From Octopus sinensis (Eukaryota), in contig NC_043002.1 of NCBI RefSeq assembly GCF_006345805.1, positions 4,836,001-4,900,000 of the forward strand: a stretch of DNA of 64,000 bases. Direction: 5' to 3'. The notes beneath the pieces were generated by a model, which searched no databases, was not told the origin of the DNA, and was given only the letters and a program-made list of their open reading frames with translations. The translations under genes were made by a program, and so were the position numbers. Below are positions 48,363 through 62,070 of this stretch, in pieces (position 1 is the stretch's first letter; every line of letters begins with the position of its first letter).

Positions 48363-51300
48363 AGATTTTGATGATGATATACTTCAAGATCTAAGTTGCC
48401 ACTTTTGAAGCAGATGGCTTAATTATCATTGTTATGGTGTACATGTGAAATGTGCTTGCTCTGTGAATAATAACTGAAGCAAACTCACTGACATTTAACT
48501 CAAATATTTATCACCAGACATAACGATATTTGGTGTTGGATTTTTACAATGAGCAATATTAAAAATTGCTAACTGAAAGGGAGAAAAACTGTTCTATGAA
48601 TGTATGAAGCTATCTCTTCAAGAGCCAAGAATATTCTATGCAAAATTCAGAGGCATCAGTAGTCAGTTATCTGGGCTCTGCCTGGCAAGAGGTAAAGCAT
48701 GGGAATCGGTCAGCTGCCCTCAACACTCTGTGACAAGTTAAAGGGCCAAACTGTTTTTATAGGAGACAGGAGGTTAAGTTTAAAACCCTATCATGCTACA
48801 GCTTTGATTGGTCAATTCATACATCAATCATATGAAACTTTGGTTCACTCATGGTGCCTAAGCAAATACCAAGCAATTAGGGTTCGAATCCCTGCTACTC
48901 TATGAAAAAGGAGGGTTGTTATGGATAATGTGGTCATACTTGCTGAATGAAGTGACGTCTGAAAAATCAGTTAAGATTGTCATGGTTGGAAAGCCTTTGA
49001 TCATTGTTCTGACAGATCAGGACTGACCTAGAGTTTAATGACAACACAAAGATGCGCCATTTCTTTGGGAAAAAGAAAAGCAATAGTAACAAAGGATAAA
49101 GATCAAGGTGCTAATCTTACACACTCCCAATTTAAAGGAAGTCTCAAATTCTAGGATATATTTCTTTACTACCCACAAGGGGCTAAACAGAGAGGGGACA
49201 AACAAGGACAGACAAACGGATTAAGTCGATCACATCGACCCCAGTACGTAACTGGTATTTAATTTATCAACCCCGAAAGGATGAAAGGCAAAGTCGACCT
49301 CGGCGGAATTTGAACTCAGAACGTAACAGCAGACGAAATACCGATAAGCATTTCACCCGGATCGCTAACGTTTCTGCCAGCTCACCACCCTCAAGTCTCA
49401 AATTCTAGGATAATTTTAATAATACATATTTAAGAGTCTGTTGAGTAGTTATGGTTAATACATTCCATGAAGGCCATCAAAATTATTCCCATTTATTGGC
49501 AGAAATAAGTTTAAGAGCTAAAACGTATACTTCTGCACCTCCACCTAAAAAAATCTATGAAATTTGATAAAGAAATAAGTCAGTGTCACAAAAACTCAGT
49601 TTCAAAAAGTGAAAAATGTGTTGTCATCAATCTCTGATGTTATAGCCCACATGAATAACCTTTCATACAAGCTCACTCCGAGCTCTTGAAAATTCTAGCA
49701 CTTGGTGGTTATTGCAAAACACAGAGGCCATTGGGTATGAGGTAGAAGTAAGATTTTGAGCTGAACAATGTATCCAGCATAAAGTGCTATACTGGATTGA
49801 TAAAGGAGCCCTTCAAGAAATGCATATACATCGTTACCAACATCGCTTTACTGGCACCTGTGGTGATGGCATGTGTAAAAAGATTCGAGCAAGGTTGTTG
49901 CCAGTATCGCCCGAGTGGCCCCCGTGCCGGTGGCACGTAAAAAGCACCCACTACACTCACGAAGTGGTTGGCGTTAGGAAGGGCATCCAGCTGTAGAAAC
50001 TCTGCCAGATCAAGATTGGAGCCTGGTGCAGCCATCTGGTTCACCAGCCCTCAGTCATTCGTCCAACCCATGCTAGCATGGAAAGCGGACGTTAAACTAT
50101 GATGATGATGATGATGATGATGAACTATATCACATCATTTGGGTGCTACAAGAAGCAAAACATCACTGTACTGGTCAAGCACATGGTGTTTGAAGGATAA
50201 GGCTGCTAATTACATCACTTGCCTCTATCAAATAAGATAGATTTCTTTATTGGCCACACGGAGCTGAAATACAGAGGGGACAAATACAAATGTAGAGCTT
50301 TTCGAAGATGGAAAAAGAAAACAGGAAACAAATGTAAGATTCCGATCGAAAGGAATCGGAAAAAAGAAGGAAAAACAAAAAAAAAAGGGATCGTGTATCA
50401 CAGAAACAAATTTTTTTTTAACAGTAAGAAACAAGATTAAGTTCTATCTAATAAGAGAGCTTCCAACAGTGGCAGATATGGACAGTGCTTAGCAGAGAAG
50501 AGATGGATACTTATGAGCTCTCTCACAACCAGGATGTATCTAAATACCGTGTCAGAGACCATAAACATTGCTTGCTTGAGCAGAAGTACATTCTCAGACA
50601 CTAGTCCAAGCTTTGTGGAATAAACACCAAGGTACCTTTTCCCAATTGCTTCTCACAGTCGACTCTCTGTGCACTCCTTTTCTTCATTCCATTACTCATT
50701 ACATCATAACCTTTTTGCACTCTCATCCTTCTCTTTCTCATTTCCTCTTTTACACCTCCTTTCTCTCTTCATTTCTTCTGTTTCTTGTTTTTCCTCTTTA
50801 TTCTTATTTCCTTTATTGCCCACAAGGGGCTAAACACAGAGGGGACAAACAAGGACAGACAAACGTATTAAGTCGATTATATTGACCCCAGTGCGTAATT
50901 GGTACTTAATTTATCGACCCCGAAAGGATGAAAGACAAAGTCGACCTCAGCGGAATTTGAACTCTGAACGTAGCGGCAGACGAAATACAGCGAAGCATTT
51001 TGCCCGGCGTGCTAACGTTTCTGCCAGCTCGCCGCCTTATTCTATCTTTATTCTATCTCTTTATTTTCTTCTCTATTCTATCTCTTTCTTGCCTTTTGTG
51101 CCTCTCTACACTTCTAGATCTCCTTTTATCTCTTTTCTCTTACCTAAAAAACAATTCTTCTGTCTTCAACCATGAGTTACCATTCTTGCACTATTAACGC
51201 ACAATGATTTTTTTTTCATTAGGAAAATGTTAACGAAATTTTTGTATCCATTTTCCCAAAAGGCTTTGTAGAATTCACTTTCTCCATAACATTCATCCAT

Positions 51301-52719
51301 AGATCTTAAACATGTGCATCTGATGAATGTAAGCTGTTCAGTCTTACACAAAACTCAGTTATATCAAGCCATTTGTTTCTATCCTCAACATCATCATCGT
51401 TTAACGTCCACTTTCCATGCTAGCATGGGTTGGACGATTTTGACTGAGGGCTGGCAAACCAGATGGCTGCACCAGGCTCCAATCTTGATCTGGCAGAGTT
51501 TCTACAGCTGGATGCTCTTCCTTACGCCAACCACTCTGAGAGTGTAGTGGGTGCTTTTTACATGCCACCGGCACGGGGGCCAGTCAGGTGGTACTGGCAA
51601 CAACCTCGCTCGAATCTTGGCTTTCCAGACCCTAGTTGAACCATCCAACCCATGCTAGCATGGAAAGCAGACATTAAACGATGATGATGAAGTATCATAA
51701 AAGCACGACACTAATTGTGGCTCTTTTGGTTGTGTATTAAATTGATACTTATCTCACTGGATAGAGTACCTTTTTTTTTGCTGATTCTACCTCTGCTGGA
51801 TCCATCCATCTTCTTACTAAACAGCCACATGTGATTGAATGTGGTTTATAAGCAAAAAAGAAAAAAATAGCACATAAATATATGAAATAGTGAGGATGTA
51901 TAATTTAATAAAGATCATTCAAATCAAAATATGAAATCAAAATTACATTCGATGACTGCCATCCGTGCTAGCGGGGTGCAAAGAGCACCATACGAGTGTG
52001 ATCGTTGACAGAGCAGCTAACCGGCTTCCGTGTCAGTGGCACGTAAAAGGGCACCATTCGAGTGTGATCGTTACCAACGTCGCCTTACTGCCACCTGTGC
52101 TGGTGGCATGTGTAAAAGATTCGAGCGAGGTTGTTGCCAGTACCACCTGACTGGCCCCCGTGCCGGTGGCACATAAAAAGCACCCACTACACTCACGGAG
52201 TGGTTGGCGTTAGGAGGGGCATCCAGCTGTAGAAACTCTGCCAGATCAGACTAAGCCTGGTGCAGCCGTCTGGCTTCCCCAGACCCCAGTTGTATCATCC
52301 AACCCATGCTAGCATGGAAAGTGGACGTTAAACGATGATGATGATGATATATATATATGTTTGTTTGTTTGTTACTATCTACTTGCCTTTGCATGATAGA
52401 TGTAAATGAGTTCCACCGTCATGTAAGCAGTATGCTTCCTTTTTAGTCTTCTGTGAAAACATATCTGTTCATATGGGAATACTAGCTTACTTGAAAATAG
52501 GTGACAGGAAGGGCACCCAGCCGGAGAAAGTCAGCCTCTGCAAGTTATGGCCGGCCCATGTGAGAATAAAAAAGGGGACGTTAAGACAACGATGATAATG
52601 ATGTGCGCATGTATGTGTGTGTGTGTGTGTGTGTAAATGCATGCATAGTAAAAAAAAAAATAATTAAAAAAAAAAATATATATATATGTTTGTATCTATG
52701 CATATATTTTAATTATTAC

Positions 52720-52750
<31 letters not shown>

Positions 52751-53769
52751 CATACATATAATGTAGACTATAATATTTTTAAGATGCATAAAGAATCTAG
52801 CATGGATGTTGCGTGTGGATGGAACCTCATAAATGCGACACAGGATGTAACTCAGGTATCAGCGGTGAGGTGGGGTCCGAATTAACCCCCCCCCCACTCC
52901 ATCCGTAATGTCTTCCGGTCTGTCCTACCATTCGATTTTATTATATTTTCTTATTTTTGTAAAAATTTTTTATGTCATTTTTTTTTTGTATAATCATTCG
53001 CTCGTCTGACCCCAAAATCAGATTGTATCGTCCCCTCTTCGTTTGGCCCCTTGTGGGTAATAAAAAATCAGTTTATAAAACGCACAATCGATTCTAAAAT
53101 CCATTTATTCACGAGCAATATTTACCCTTTTTTTGTTTTTAACTTGAGGCGAGATAGAGAGACTGATATTTCGCTTGGTTCATTTCAAGACCTGTCAAAA
53201 ATATCGACCACTAAACAGTTTGGAGTTTAGCACACTCCTGAATATTTTGATGTGCTTCACCGTCTCAGTTCCTGTTGTTTATTTTGAGGTTTGTATTCAT
53301 AATATCTCAATTGTTCGTTCCTTTCGTTTGACACATGTTATATGGATTCGGTTGACTTCCATTCGAGTATTTGATCATCGTTTACGGTCGCCGATTCCTC
53401 GCACTTAATGTTATAAACGTAAATGTGACGGCTTTGCTCGATTGCTGGATGCTGGTCGCCTCCCTTTGTTAAAAGGTTGACATCTGTCAATTGCAAAATT
53501 TCGGGGTTTTGCGGGATGTTGGGCCAAAATCACTCGATGTGTGTGCGATGGTGTTTGGCATTGAAATAATTGTATCGTAGAAGAGTTATGTTAGCCATTC
53601 AAGAACACAGAAAAACTATTATATTCACTTTGCTTACTGCTTAATAATATAATCTCTCTCTCTCTATATATATATATAACATAAATATGAGAGAGAATCC
53701 ACTATGTGGACGCTCTTACGCTAGACATAGATCCGCAAGGGTCTGAACCACTAAGAATTAACATATATA

Positions 53770-54012
53770 GGTACTACTTGAGAACAGTGTTCCCGGTGCG
53801 CGCAGTCGCGTAGTCGCGCTAGCTAGTCGTGACCAGTCGATCCTACTAAGGCTACCTATCAAAGTAAACGAAATACAAAATAAACAATTTTTTTACACAA
53901 AGTGAATAGTTTTTATTAAACAAAGTAAATAAAACACAAAAACTCAAAGTAAGGATCGACTAGTCATGACTAGCGAGTGCGCGCACCGGGACCACTGTTC
54001 TCAAGTAGTACC
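53770..54012. mobile_element. MITE (243 bp) with long imperfect TIRs in a (TA)n tract
   Basis: ggtactacttgagaacagtg..cccggtgcgcgca pairs with tgcgcgcaccggg..cactgttctcaagtagtacc. Confidence 0.85.
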
Positions 54013-54055
<43 letters not shown>

Positions 54056-54927
54056 CGGAGGTGGGGAGAGAAATTACGATAAATACCAGTTCCTATCATT
54101 TGTTCTTTGCACGTTTTGCCTCTGAAGTTCTTTGTAAGTCTGCGTTGGATCTGAATGCCTTTGGATGCTTAACCACACCGCATCATCTACGTTAAGCTCT
54201 AAATCCTACAGTAGCAGTCATGCATCTCCATCTACACGCAAGATATACTCCCTGTGTGTGAACAGAAAAATAAACATCAGTTGCTTTTTACTTTTCGACA
54301 ATACATAACTGCTGTTGAAGAAAGTAACTGAAGAATGAACTGGTGTTAATACCTGCAACACGACACTTTCGAATCCAAACGTCAACACTTGACAATTCTT
54401 TTTAATGATATAACGAAAGAAAAAAGATTTTTCCTAACTCTTGTTAACGTTCTAATCTATAGTCTCCTTAAAGAAGTCTGTGGATTAGAATTTTTGGACA
54501 TTCGTGTCTGCAGAGTCGTCAGCATTGTCTGCCTTTGTGTGTGTGTATGTATGTATGTATATATATATTATAAGTTCAGCAAAATTTAGATTCAGATGAA
54601 TATGGTACTTAAGTTAAAGGCACCAGAATTTGGTATGGTATTATCCATATAAATCAAATGGGGTGATTATAATCATCCTTGTTGCTTATTTTGATACATA
54701 CATATATATATCAGCCGAAATTGCGAAGATGATCCGGTTCTTGACTGATGACTGAGGGCTTCGAATGTCCCGTCCTGTGGTTCTTGTGTCGTCTTCTAGG
54801 TGTTTCACGTTCTTGTCCCAGTTTGTATATATTTTTTTACTTTTTACATATATATATATATATGTATGTATGTATAAACACACGCAGAAATGAAAGAGTA
54901 CTCAATATAATACCCCCCCCCCCCAAA

Positions 54928-55345
54928 AGAAAGGCAGCGAGCTGGCAGAATCGTTATCATGCCGGCAAAATACACAACGGCATTTCGTCCGTCCTTATTT
55001 TCTGAGCTCAAATTCTGCCGGGATCGACTCTGCCTTTCATCCCTTTCGCGGTCGATAAAATAAGTACCAGTAGATCACTGGAGTCAGTGTAATCGACTTA
55101 ATCCCTTCCCAGAATTTGCTGAAATTGTGCCGAATTTTGAAACCTACACGAACGTAATGCGACTCGTTGGCAGAATCGTTACGGCACCGGGCAAAATGCT
55201 TCGCGGCATTTCTCCCGACTTTTACTTTTCTGAGTTCAAATGCCACCGGGGTCGATAAGGTAAGTATCAGCCGAGAACTGGGATCGATGTAATCGACTTA
55301 CCCCTCCCCTGAAATTGCTGGCTTTGCGCCAAAATTTGGAACCAA
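54928..55345 (+). mobile_element. Head-to-tail dimer of SINE family D
   Basis: tggcagaatcgtta heads near 54943 and 55168. Confidence 0.8.
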
Positions 55346-56502
55346 TATAATACGAACGAGTTGTTTTGTCTTATCGCAAACTTAAACTTTCCTTTCAGTT
55401 TAGAAAATGGTCAATAATAATTGTCCAAGACTTTTACACAGTGTTATAGCGACTGTAATTGGCCAGTACTCTACTACCATAAGGTCCATTCAAATTGTCT
55501 TGACACTCGTCGGAACTCATTAAAAATTGTGAAGAAGCAACGGTAAAAAGTAAATGTTCTTTCTACTGTAGGCACAGGACAAGTAATCTTGGTGAAAAGA
55601 GACTGGTGCAGACTTCAGTGCTCGACTGGTGCTTGTTTTATTGGCCTTGAAAGGATAAAAGACGAAGTTGACCACGGGGGAATTCGAACCCAGAACGCAA
55701 AGAGGGACGATATGCCGATAAGTTGATTGTCCGGCGTGCTAACGATTCTGCCAGTTCACTGCCTCGATAATCGTTAGTAATATACGAATACAAAAGTAAC
55801 AAATAGTTGTCAGTGATCCGTGACGACTTTACTTTTGTAGACAAACTGAAAAGGTAGAGATCGGGGGAAACGTGCGAAAATGAAAGCTTATAAATTGCTG
55901 ATGGGAAACCCTTGTAGGAAGTGAAAACTACTTTAAGCCAACATAGATCGCGGTTAATGTTTACATCTTGACCCGTAAACATTAAACCTAGATCGCTCTG
56001 AGAACATTCGAAGATGATTTAATTGTCTTCGTCACTATTCCAGGTTTCTCACTTTTGTCATCTGTTGTTTAAACGAATGTATAAAAGAGAAACATGGTGT
56101 TGCGACAAAGTATCTTCGAACCGAACCGGTTATTGTAAATAAAAGCGCAGGACATGTACTACGAGTTTTTTTCTTTTTCTTTTCTTTTCTTTCCTTTGTC
56201 ATTAATTTGTTTCGCAACCGTGTAAGAAATTTTCTAACGCTGCGCTACGGTCGGCTTATTTTGCTTGGGGGATCTTTTGGGGTGTCACCGCCTTTCAGTT
56301 ATAGTTTCTCTGTTAACTTGCAAGGGACGTAACTCAATGCACTAACGTTCTTAACACCCCCCCTCCCTCTATCTTTTATACCTTGAAGGGTTTCTGTCGA
56401 ACAAATCGACTTCTTTTGCCGAACTGCTAAGTTTTAGAAACGTGACGAAAAGAAAAAAACACCAGCTGTCAAGTGGTGTGGGTGACAAACGCAAACATAT
56501 TC

Positions 56503-57278
56503 GGATCTTTTCCTTTTAAACGGCAGACAATTTCTAGTTAACTAAACACTTTAAAACTTCGTATTCTGGTAGAATGTGTCAAAATAAAACATTTTTTTCT
56601 CTTGGCTTTCTTGAGAAAATTGTAATTTGTTTGTTTAACGTAGTTTAATTTTTCGAATTTTAACCAATCCTATGCTCTCTTTTGAGCTAAAATCATTTGC
56701 TGCGTCTTAAACTGAGACATCATGTCACTACCCCTCAACCTAACCTTAACCCTAATTTTTTTTTTCCTTATTGTTAAATTAATTTAATTGTTATGCGTGT
56801 AAAAAAACCCGAAAGCAATGGAAAATGATTTAAACAATTACCAAACAAAATAATTCTATAATTTTATACACATGCTCTCCGTATACGTACGGAAAGCGTG
56901 TGTATAAAATTATTGAGTTATTTTGTTTGTTAATGTTTAAATCATTTTCCATTGCTTTCGGGGTTTTTTACACGCATAACAATTAAATTAATTTAACAAT
57001 TAAGAAAAAAAAATTAGGGTTAGGGGGGAGTTTTAGGGTTAGTTACAGGATGTTGTCTCAGTTTTAGACGCAGCAAATGATTTTAGTTGAATGGAGGTAA
57101 TCGATTGGTTAAAATTGCCGAAATGCTCGGATTTTCAGACGAAATATCTTACAAACTATAGAATTTTCTCAATAAAGCCAAGAAAAAATGATGTTTTATA
57201 AACACAGTATACGAAGTTTAAAAGTGTTTAGTTAACTAGAAATTGTGTTGACATCTGCCGTTCAAAAGGAAAAGATCC
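56503..57278. mobile_element. Fold-back MITE (776 bp) with 8-bp TSD acatattc; Merlin-like GG termini
   Basis: ggatcttttcctttt ... aaaaggaaaagatcc; identical acatattc at 56495-56502 and 57279-57286; the arms pair almost to the centre. Confidence 0.9.
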
Positions 57279-57300
57279 ACATATTCCCTCATATATATTG

Positions 57301-57551
57301 GTAAAAACGGTAAGATAACGAAAGAAAGAAAGAGACCTCAATATTATGTAAATAGAGGAAATTTATCTGTAAAATAATATGTGACAATTATTCAATAGCC
57401 AAGATAAAACTCTGAGTTTCGGATGCCAAAGTGGAAATCCACAACACCATCGCCAAATAAGCGAAGGATGGTGTTGTGGATTTCCACTTCGGCATCCGAA
57501 ACTCAGAGTTTTATCTTGGCTATTGAATAATTGTCACATATTAATTTACAG

Positions 57552-57554
<3 letters not shown>
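57301..57554. repeat. Asymmetric fold-back insertion (88-bp arms, 15-nt loop) with hammerhead 3' half
   Basis: 57364-57451 pairs with 57467-57554; contains catccGAAACtcagaGTTttatc. Confidence 0.9.
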
Positions 57555-57575
<21 letters not shown>

Positions 57576-57582
<7 letters not shown>

Positions 57583-57760
57583 GAAAAGAAACACCTTTTA
57601 TCAATTCAAAATGAACAATTAAATTACACCATCTAGAAAATTACATATAATAGAAATATTAAAATAACAATGAAATATCAATGATTAAGTAAATTGCAAA
57701 AAAATAATAAAAACGTATATAATTGGTAGAATAATGACACGTGTTTCGTGGCTATATTTA
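57576..57760 (-). mobile_element. AT-rich Penelope-like terminal fragment with hammerhead 3' half
   Basis: The minus strand reads tagccacGAAAC-ACGT-GTC at 57736-57747; the same repeat is split by a SINE at 2680-3310. Confidence 0.5.
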
Positions 57761-57769
57761 AGAAATGGT

Positions 57770-57960
57770 TATAGTAGAAGTAAAATCACTTTTGCAATTG
57801 CTTCTGAGGTAGGTATTTCTGTAGTCCTATCTTGTAATACTTTTCTAGCCTCTACCACCTTCAGATTTAGCCTTTCTGTGTTAGATTTTGGGTGGCGCAT
57901 CCTAAGTCCTGTCATTATTTTTCTTGTTTTCCTGTCTATTTTGATAGAGTGTTGATACTT
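57770..57960 (-). mobile_element. R4/Dong-like LINE fragment
   Basis: KIDRKTRKIMTGLRMRHPKSNTERLNL resembles the DRKTRKLLT...HHPK.D.DRLYL motif. Confidence 0.7.
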
Positions 57961-58726
57961 ATTATTATTTTTTTTTATAACGTGGTGAGCTGACAGAATC
58001 GTTAGCATGCTGAGCAAAATGCTTAGCAGTACTTCACCCACCGCTGTGTTCTGAGTTCAAATTCCGCCAAGGTCAACTTCACCTTTCATCTGTTCAGGTT
58101 TGATAAATTAAGTACCAGTGAAACACTGGGGTCAGTGTATTCAACCAGTCCCCTCCCTATAAATTTCAGGCCTTGTGCCTATAGTCAAAAAGATATTATT
58201 ATTATTATTATTATTTATTTTTTTCTGTAGACAGACGTGCATATTCCTGCTCAGCAGAAGTTAAATTTCTTTCAAGTATAACTCAAGAAAGGAACATTTG
58301 TTTTTAAATATTTTCTTCGTAAAACCCTCCTGGAACCCTCTGGATATCTCTCCCATATCGGGGGAGAAACAAGGTTTGTAATTTTGGGCATTTTAAACAT
58401 AATCTTCTTGATTTTACATGGGCATTTTCAGAAGTGCTAGTTTCAAGTTTCGGTTGAAAAATAGTTTGAACTGTGAAGTGTTCTAATTCCACTTGAGCAG
58501 TGGCCTCTTGCTCTTATGTGGGTGAACTGCTCTGATATTCATATAAAATCGGGCATGGTTTTGTTTGCTTCCCAACCATGTGGTTTTGGATCCAGTCCCA
58601 CTGTGTAACATTTTGGACATGTATCTTCAACTGCAGGTTAACCAAAGTCTTGTGAGTATATATGGTAAACAGAAACTAGAAAAAGTCTATCATAGATAGA
58701 TAGACGGACAGACAAACAGACATATA

Positions 58727-59975
58727 TTGGGTCATCCCATGAATGTTTTTTTCATACTTTTTCAAAATTAAAAAAAACAAAGTTCTTTTTTAATCTAAAA
58801 TATACTCTTTTTCATTTTCTACAATGCTCTTTCATCTATCTAGTAGACTTGCAAGGCCCTTCTTCCAAAATTCATTTGTCTGACAAAAAATACTCCTCCA
58901 GTATTGTTCTGACCACGTCTACAGAATTCATATATTTTCTGTTCAAATGATTTTGAAGACAGCAGAATAAATGATAATCAGATGGGGTAATGTCTGGTGG
59001 GTGGGGCATCGTTTTCCATTGAAACTGCTCCAACCTTTGGAATGTCATCCTCGCTGTATGTGGCCAAGCATTATCCTGATGAAAGAACAGCTTTTGTCTT
59101 GAAACCAAAGATGGTCGTTTCTTTTCTAGCGCTAACTTAAGCCGCTCAATTTGCTCACAGTAGATCTCCTTTGTTATTGTTTGGTTTGGGTTTAAAAGTT
59201 GAAAGTGGATTAAACCTTTCATATCCCACCAAACAGATTACAACACTTTAGGTAGGTGAAGGCCTTCTTTAGCCTGGGATGCTGGTGTTTCCCCTTTCCC
59301 TGCTCACTGTCTTCGGTGCTTGACATTTTTATAGAGAACCCATTTCTCATCACCAGTCACTATTTGGTCTAAAAAAGGTTCATTTGTGGGATGTGACAGC
59401 AGAGATGAGCACATATTCACTTTCTGCACACAATTGGACTCAGAACCCATTGACCCAATTTGCTGACTTTTCCAATGGCATACAGGTGTCGATGAATGAT
59501 TGAATGACTAAATCCAAGCTTCTCTGCTAGTTCTTCAACAGTTACGATGGGATTTTGTTCCACCAAAGTTTGCAGGATGTCCTCGTCAAGCTATACAGAT
59601 CCTCCATGATGAGGCTTGTCTTCTAGGATGTAGTTTCCGTCTCGGAATTTCTCGAATCATTGTTGACACTGGCTTATGCTTATTGTCCGATCCCCATATG
59701 CTGCGTTAATATTATTTGCACTTTCCGTTGCATTGTTGCTTTTATTGAACTCATAAAGCAAAATATGCCGAATATGCTCCTTTGTCACTTCCATTATAGT
59801 TTTGAAAAAGGAACTGTTAAAATCGAACTGCACTCTACAAAACTTACACTAAGAATAAATACAAGGTAAAATTACTACCTGCTTTTATAGCAAGTTGATG
59901 CACGTAGTTTATCCCATCCCCATCCGACTTTTAGACCATGCAATTGAAAAAACTGCATTATATGGGATGACCCAA
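58727..59975 (-). mobile_element. Full-length defective mariner (1249 bp)
   Basis: TA|ttgggtcatccca ... tgggatgacccaa|TA; FHQDNAWPH and HPPDITPSDYHLF motifs; multiple stops and frameshifts. Confidence 0.92.
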
Positions 59976-60335
59976 TATATATATTGTTGTATCTAGGAAT
60001 GGTCATTTTGCCAGTTTAGCCAATATATATATATAGATATATAGATATAGATATGGATAGATAGATAGAAAGACAGACAGATGGCTGTTTGTGTGTGTGT
60101 TTCTGTTGCCATCAAACAGTCATGGGGAAATATCACCTTGCTTGGAAACAGGTGAGAGTTTGTGACTGAAAGAGCATCCAACTGTAGAAAATTTGCCTCA
60201 ATAAATTCCACCTAAATGTTGCAAGAATGGAAAAAGCAATGTTAAAACGATGATGATGATGATGATATGTGTGTATGTAATACATATGATTTATTTGTAT
60301 TTGTTCACAGTTTTAAGATGTCTTAAGGCATATTA

Positions 60336-61564
60336 CGAGGGGCGTTCAGTAAGTAATGCCCCTGACCCACTTCCCATAGCAGTAGAGCAACGAAACTTGG
60401 CACAGTTATTAGTCTTTTTCTACATAGGAACCACCCAGAGTTACGCATTTTTCCCATCGTTTGATGCAGCTCTGGAGACCGTTTTTGTAGAAGACCCCAG
60501 CTTGGTCCTCCAACCACGACGTGACTTCAGAAATCAAGGCTGCATCATCTGGGAAACGCTTTCCTTTCAAAAACAACTCCATGGCTGGGAAGAGGTGAAA
60601 ATCAAAGGGTGCAAGGTCAGGAGAGCAGGGGGGATGGAGGAGGAGTTCATAGCCGCACGCCTGTGCTTCTGATTTAGCGACACGCGAGTTGTGAACCAGA
60701 GCGTTGTCCTGCAGGAGGAGGATGCCTTTGCTGATCTTGCCCTGCCTCTTGATTTTGATAGCTTCTCTTAATTTCCTCAAAAGTGAAGCATAATAGGCTC
60801 CTGTAATTGTGGTACCCTTTGCCAGGAAATCTGTCATCACTACTCCGTCCTGGAGGTGAGTCACGGTGCTTCCACTGCATTGACTGGGCTTTGGTCTCTG
60901 GATCATAGTGATGGACCCAGGTTTCATCCTGTGTAATCAGTCTTTTAAAAAATTTTGACTCGTCTTCTTGGCACATCTCCAAATTCATCCTCGAGCACTC
61001 GACGCGTTCTTGCTTCTGGAAAGGTGTGAGCAACCTGGGAATCCATCTGACAGACATCTTTTGCATATGCAAATGGTCATGAATGATAGTTTACATAGAC
61101 CTGGTACTAATCTTGACCTCATGGGCTATTTGGCGAATAGTTATGCGTCGATCTTCCAAAATGGCAGCCTCAACTTGACGGACAGATGCCTCATCAATGG
61201 CATAAGGGGCGACCAGATCTGGGAGCTGTTTCCACAGAGTTCCAACCATGTTTGAATTCACGATGCCAGTGTTTTACAAGGTCATATGATGGGGCATCAT
61301 CACCATAAGTTACATTCATTTCATCAAAAGTCTCCCGTGGTGTGCGTCCTTTCAAATACAAAAAACGGATCACTGCTCGACACTCAACAGGCTCCATTTC
61401 ACACTTGACTCAGTTCAAACACCTGTAAATCAGAAACCACAATTAGTTCAGAGCTGTAATTTGCCACTTAATCCATAGAGATATAAATAATTGCACATGC
61501 AAAATTTCACCTAGATCAAACAACTGCAAGTGGGCCAGGGGCATTACTTATTGAATGCCCCTCG
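60336..61564 (-). mobile_element. Full-length defective mariner, irritans-like subfamily (1229 bp)
   Basis: TA|cgaggggcgttcagtaagtaatgcccc and matching right TIR; MEPVECRAVIRFLYLKG, WIPRLLT, ITQDETW, LLQDNA and SPDLAPFD spread over three frames. Confidence 0.95.
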
Positions 61565-61658
61565 TACATTCTTGTGCTAAACCTTATACACACACACACA
61601 AATCCTTGTGGCAAATAAATGTAAGAGATTTTTTGTTCTTTTTTTTTTTACCTTTTAG

Positions 61659-61824
61659 TTGGTTGACGCAATCTCAAGAAACATCATGTCTGGTGATCTC
61701 ATGGGAATGAAGGAGAATTTCACATCAATGGTACAGAAGGTGCAACCATGGATCTTGTCTCATTTTATGATGTGGCTGGACTTGAAGGTAGCCGAGTACA
61801 AAGTACATGGATGTATGATCCTTG
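61659..61824 (+). CDS. Candidate internal or start exon of an unidentified plus-strand gene (frame uncertain)
   Basis: Strong polypyrimidine acceptor ttttag| and donor ttg|gtgagt; frame 0 is open throughout, frame 2 has accATGG MDLVSFYDVAGLEGSRVQSTWMYDPW. Confidence 0.5.
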
Positions 61825-62070
61825 GTGAGTCCCAGCTCAGATTGTTTTGGAAACTATCTTTTTCTGATGCTGCTGTTATTTAACCCCTCCAGTCAACACT
61901 GAGCAAAGCAGACTTTGTGATCAGAGGCATTCCAGTCATGACCATCTGGCCTTTTTTTATTTTAAGATGATAGATCTAAGGAAGATTTAGTTGTTCCTTC
62001 TAGCAGGATGATTGACCCCACAAAATTCCTGTCTTTGGCATGTCTTGTATGTATTGTTGTTTGACCTTAA

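Noticed and set aside
54080-54260. Short open frames that could be an exon
   Set aside because: Weak splice signals and no recognisable product
54735-54775. CTGATGA followed by cgaatg as a hammerhead
   Set aside because: GAAA is incomplete and stems I-III do not pair; kept only as context for the 31668 family
56740-57045. TTAGGG-like motifs as an interstitial telomere
   Set aside because: Only two or three imperfect units, lying symmetrically inside a fold-back MITE
61659-61700. Selenoprotein reading of two in-frame TGAs
   Set aside because: No similarity to selenoprotein families I know and no SECIS evidence
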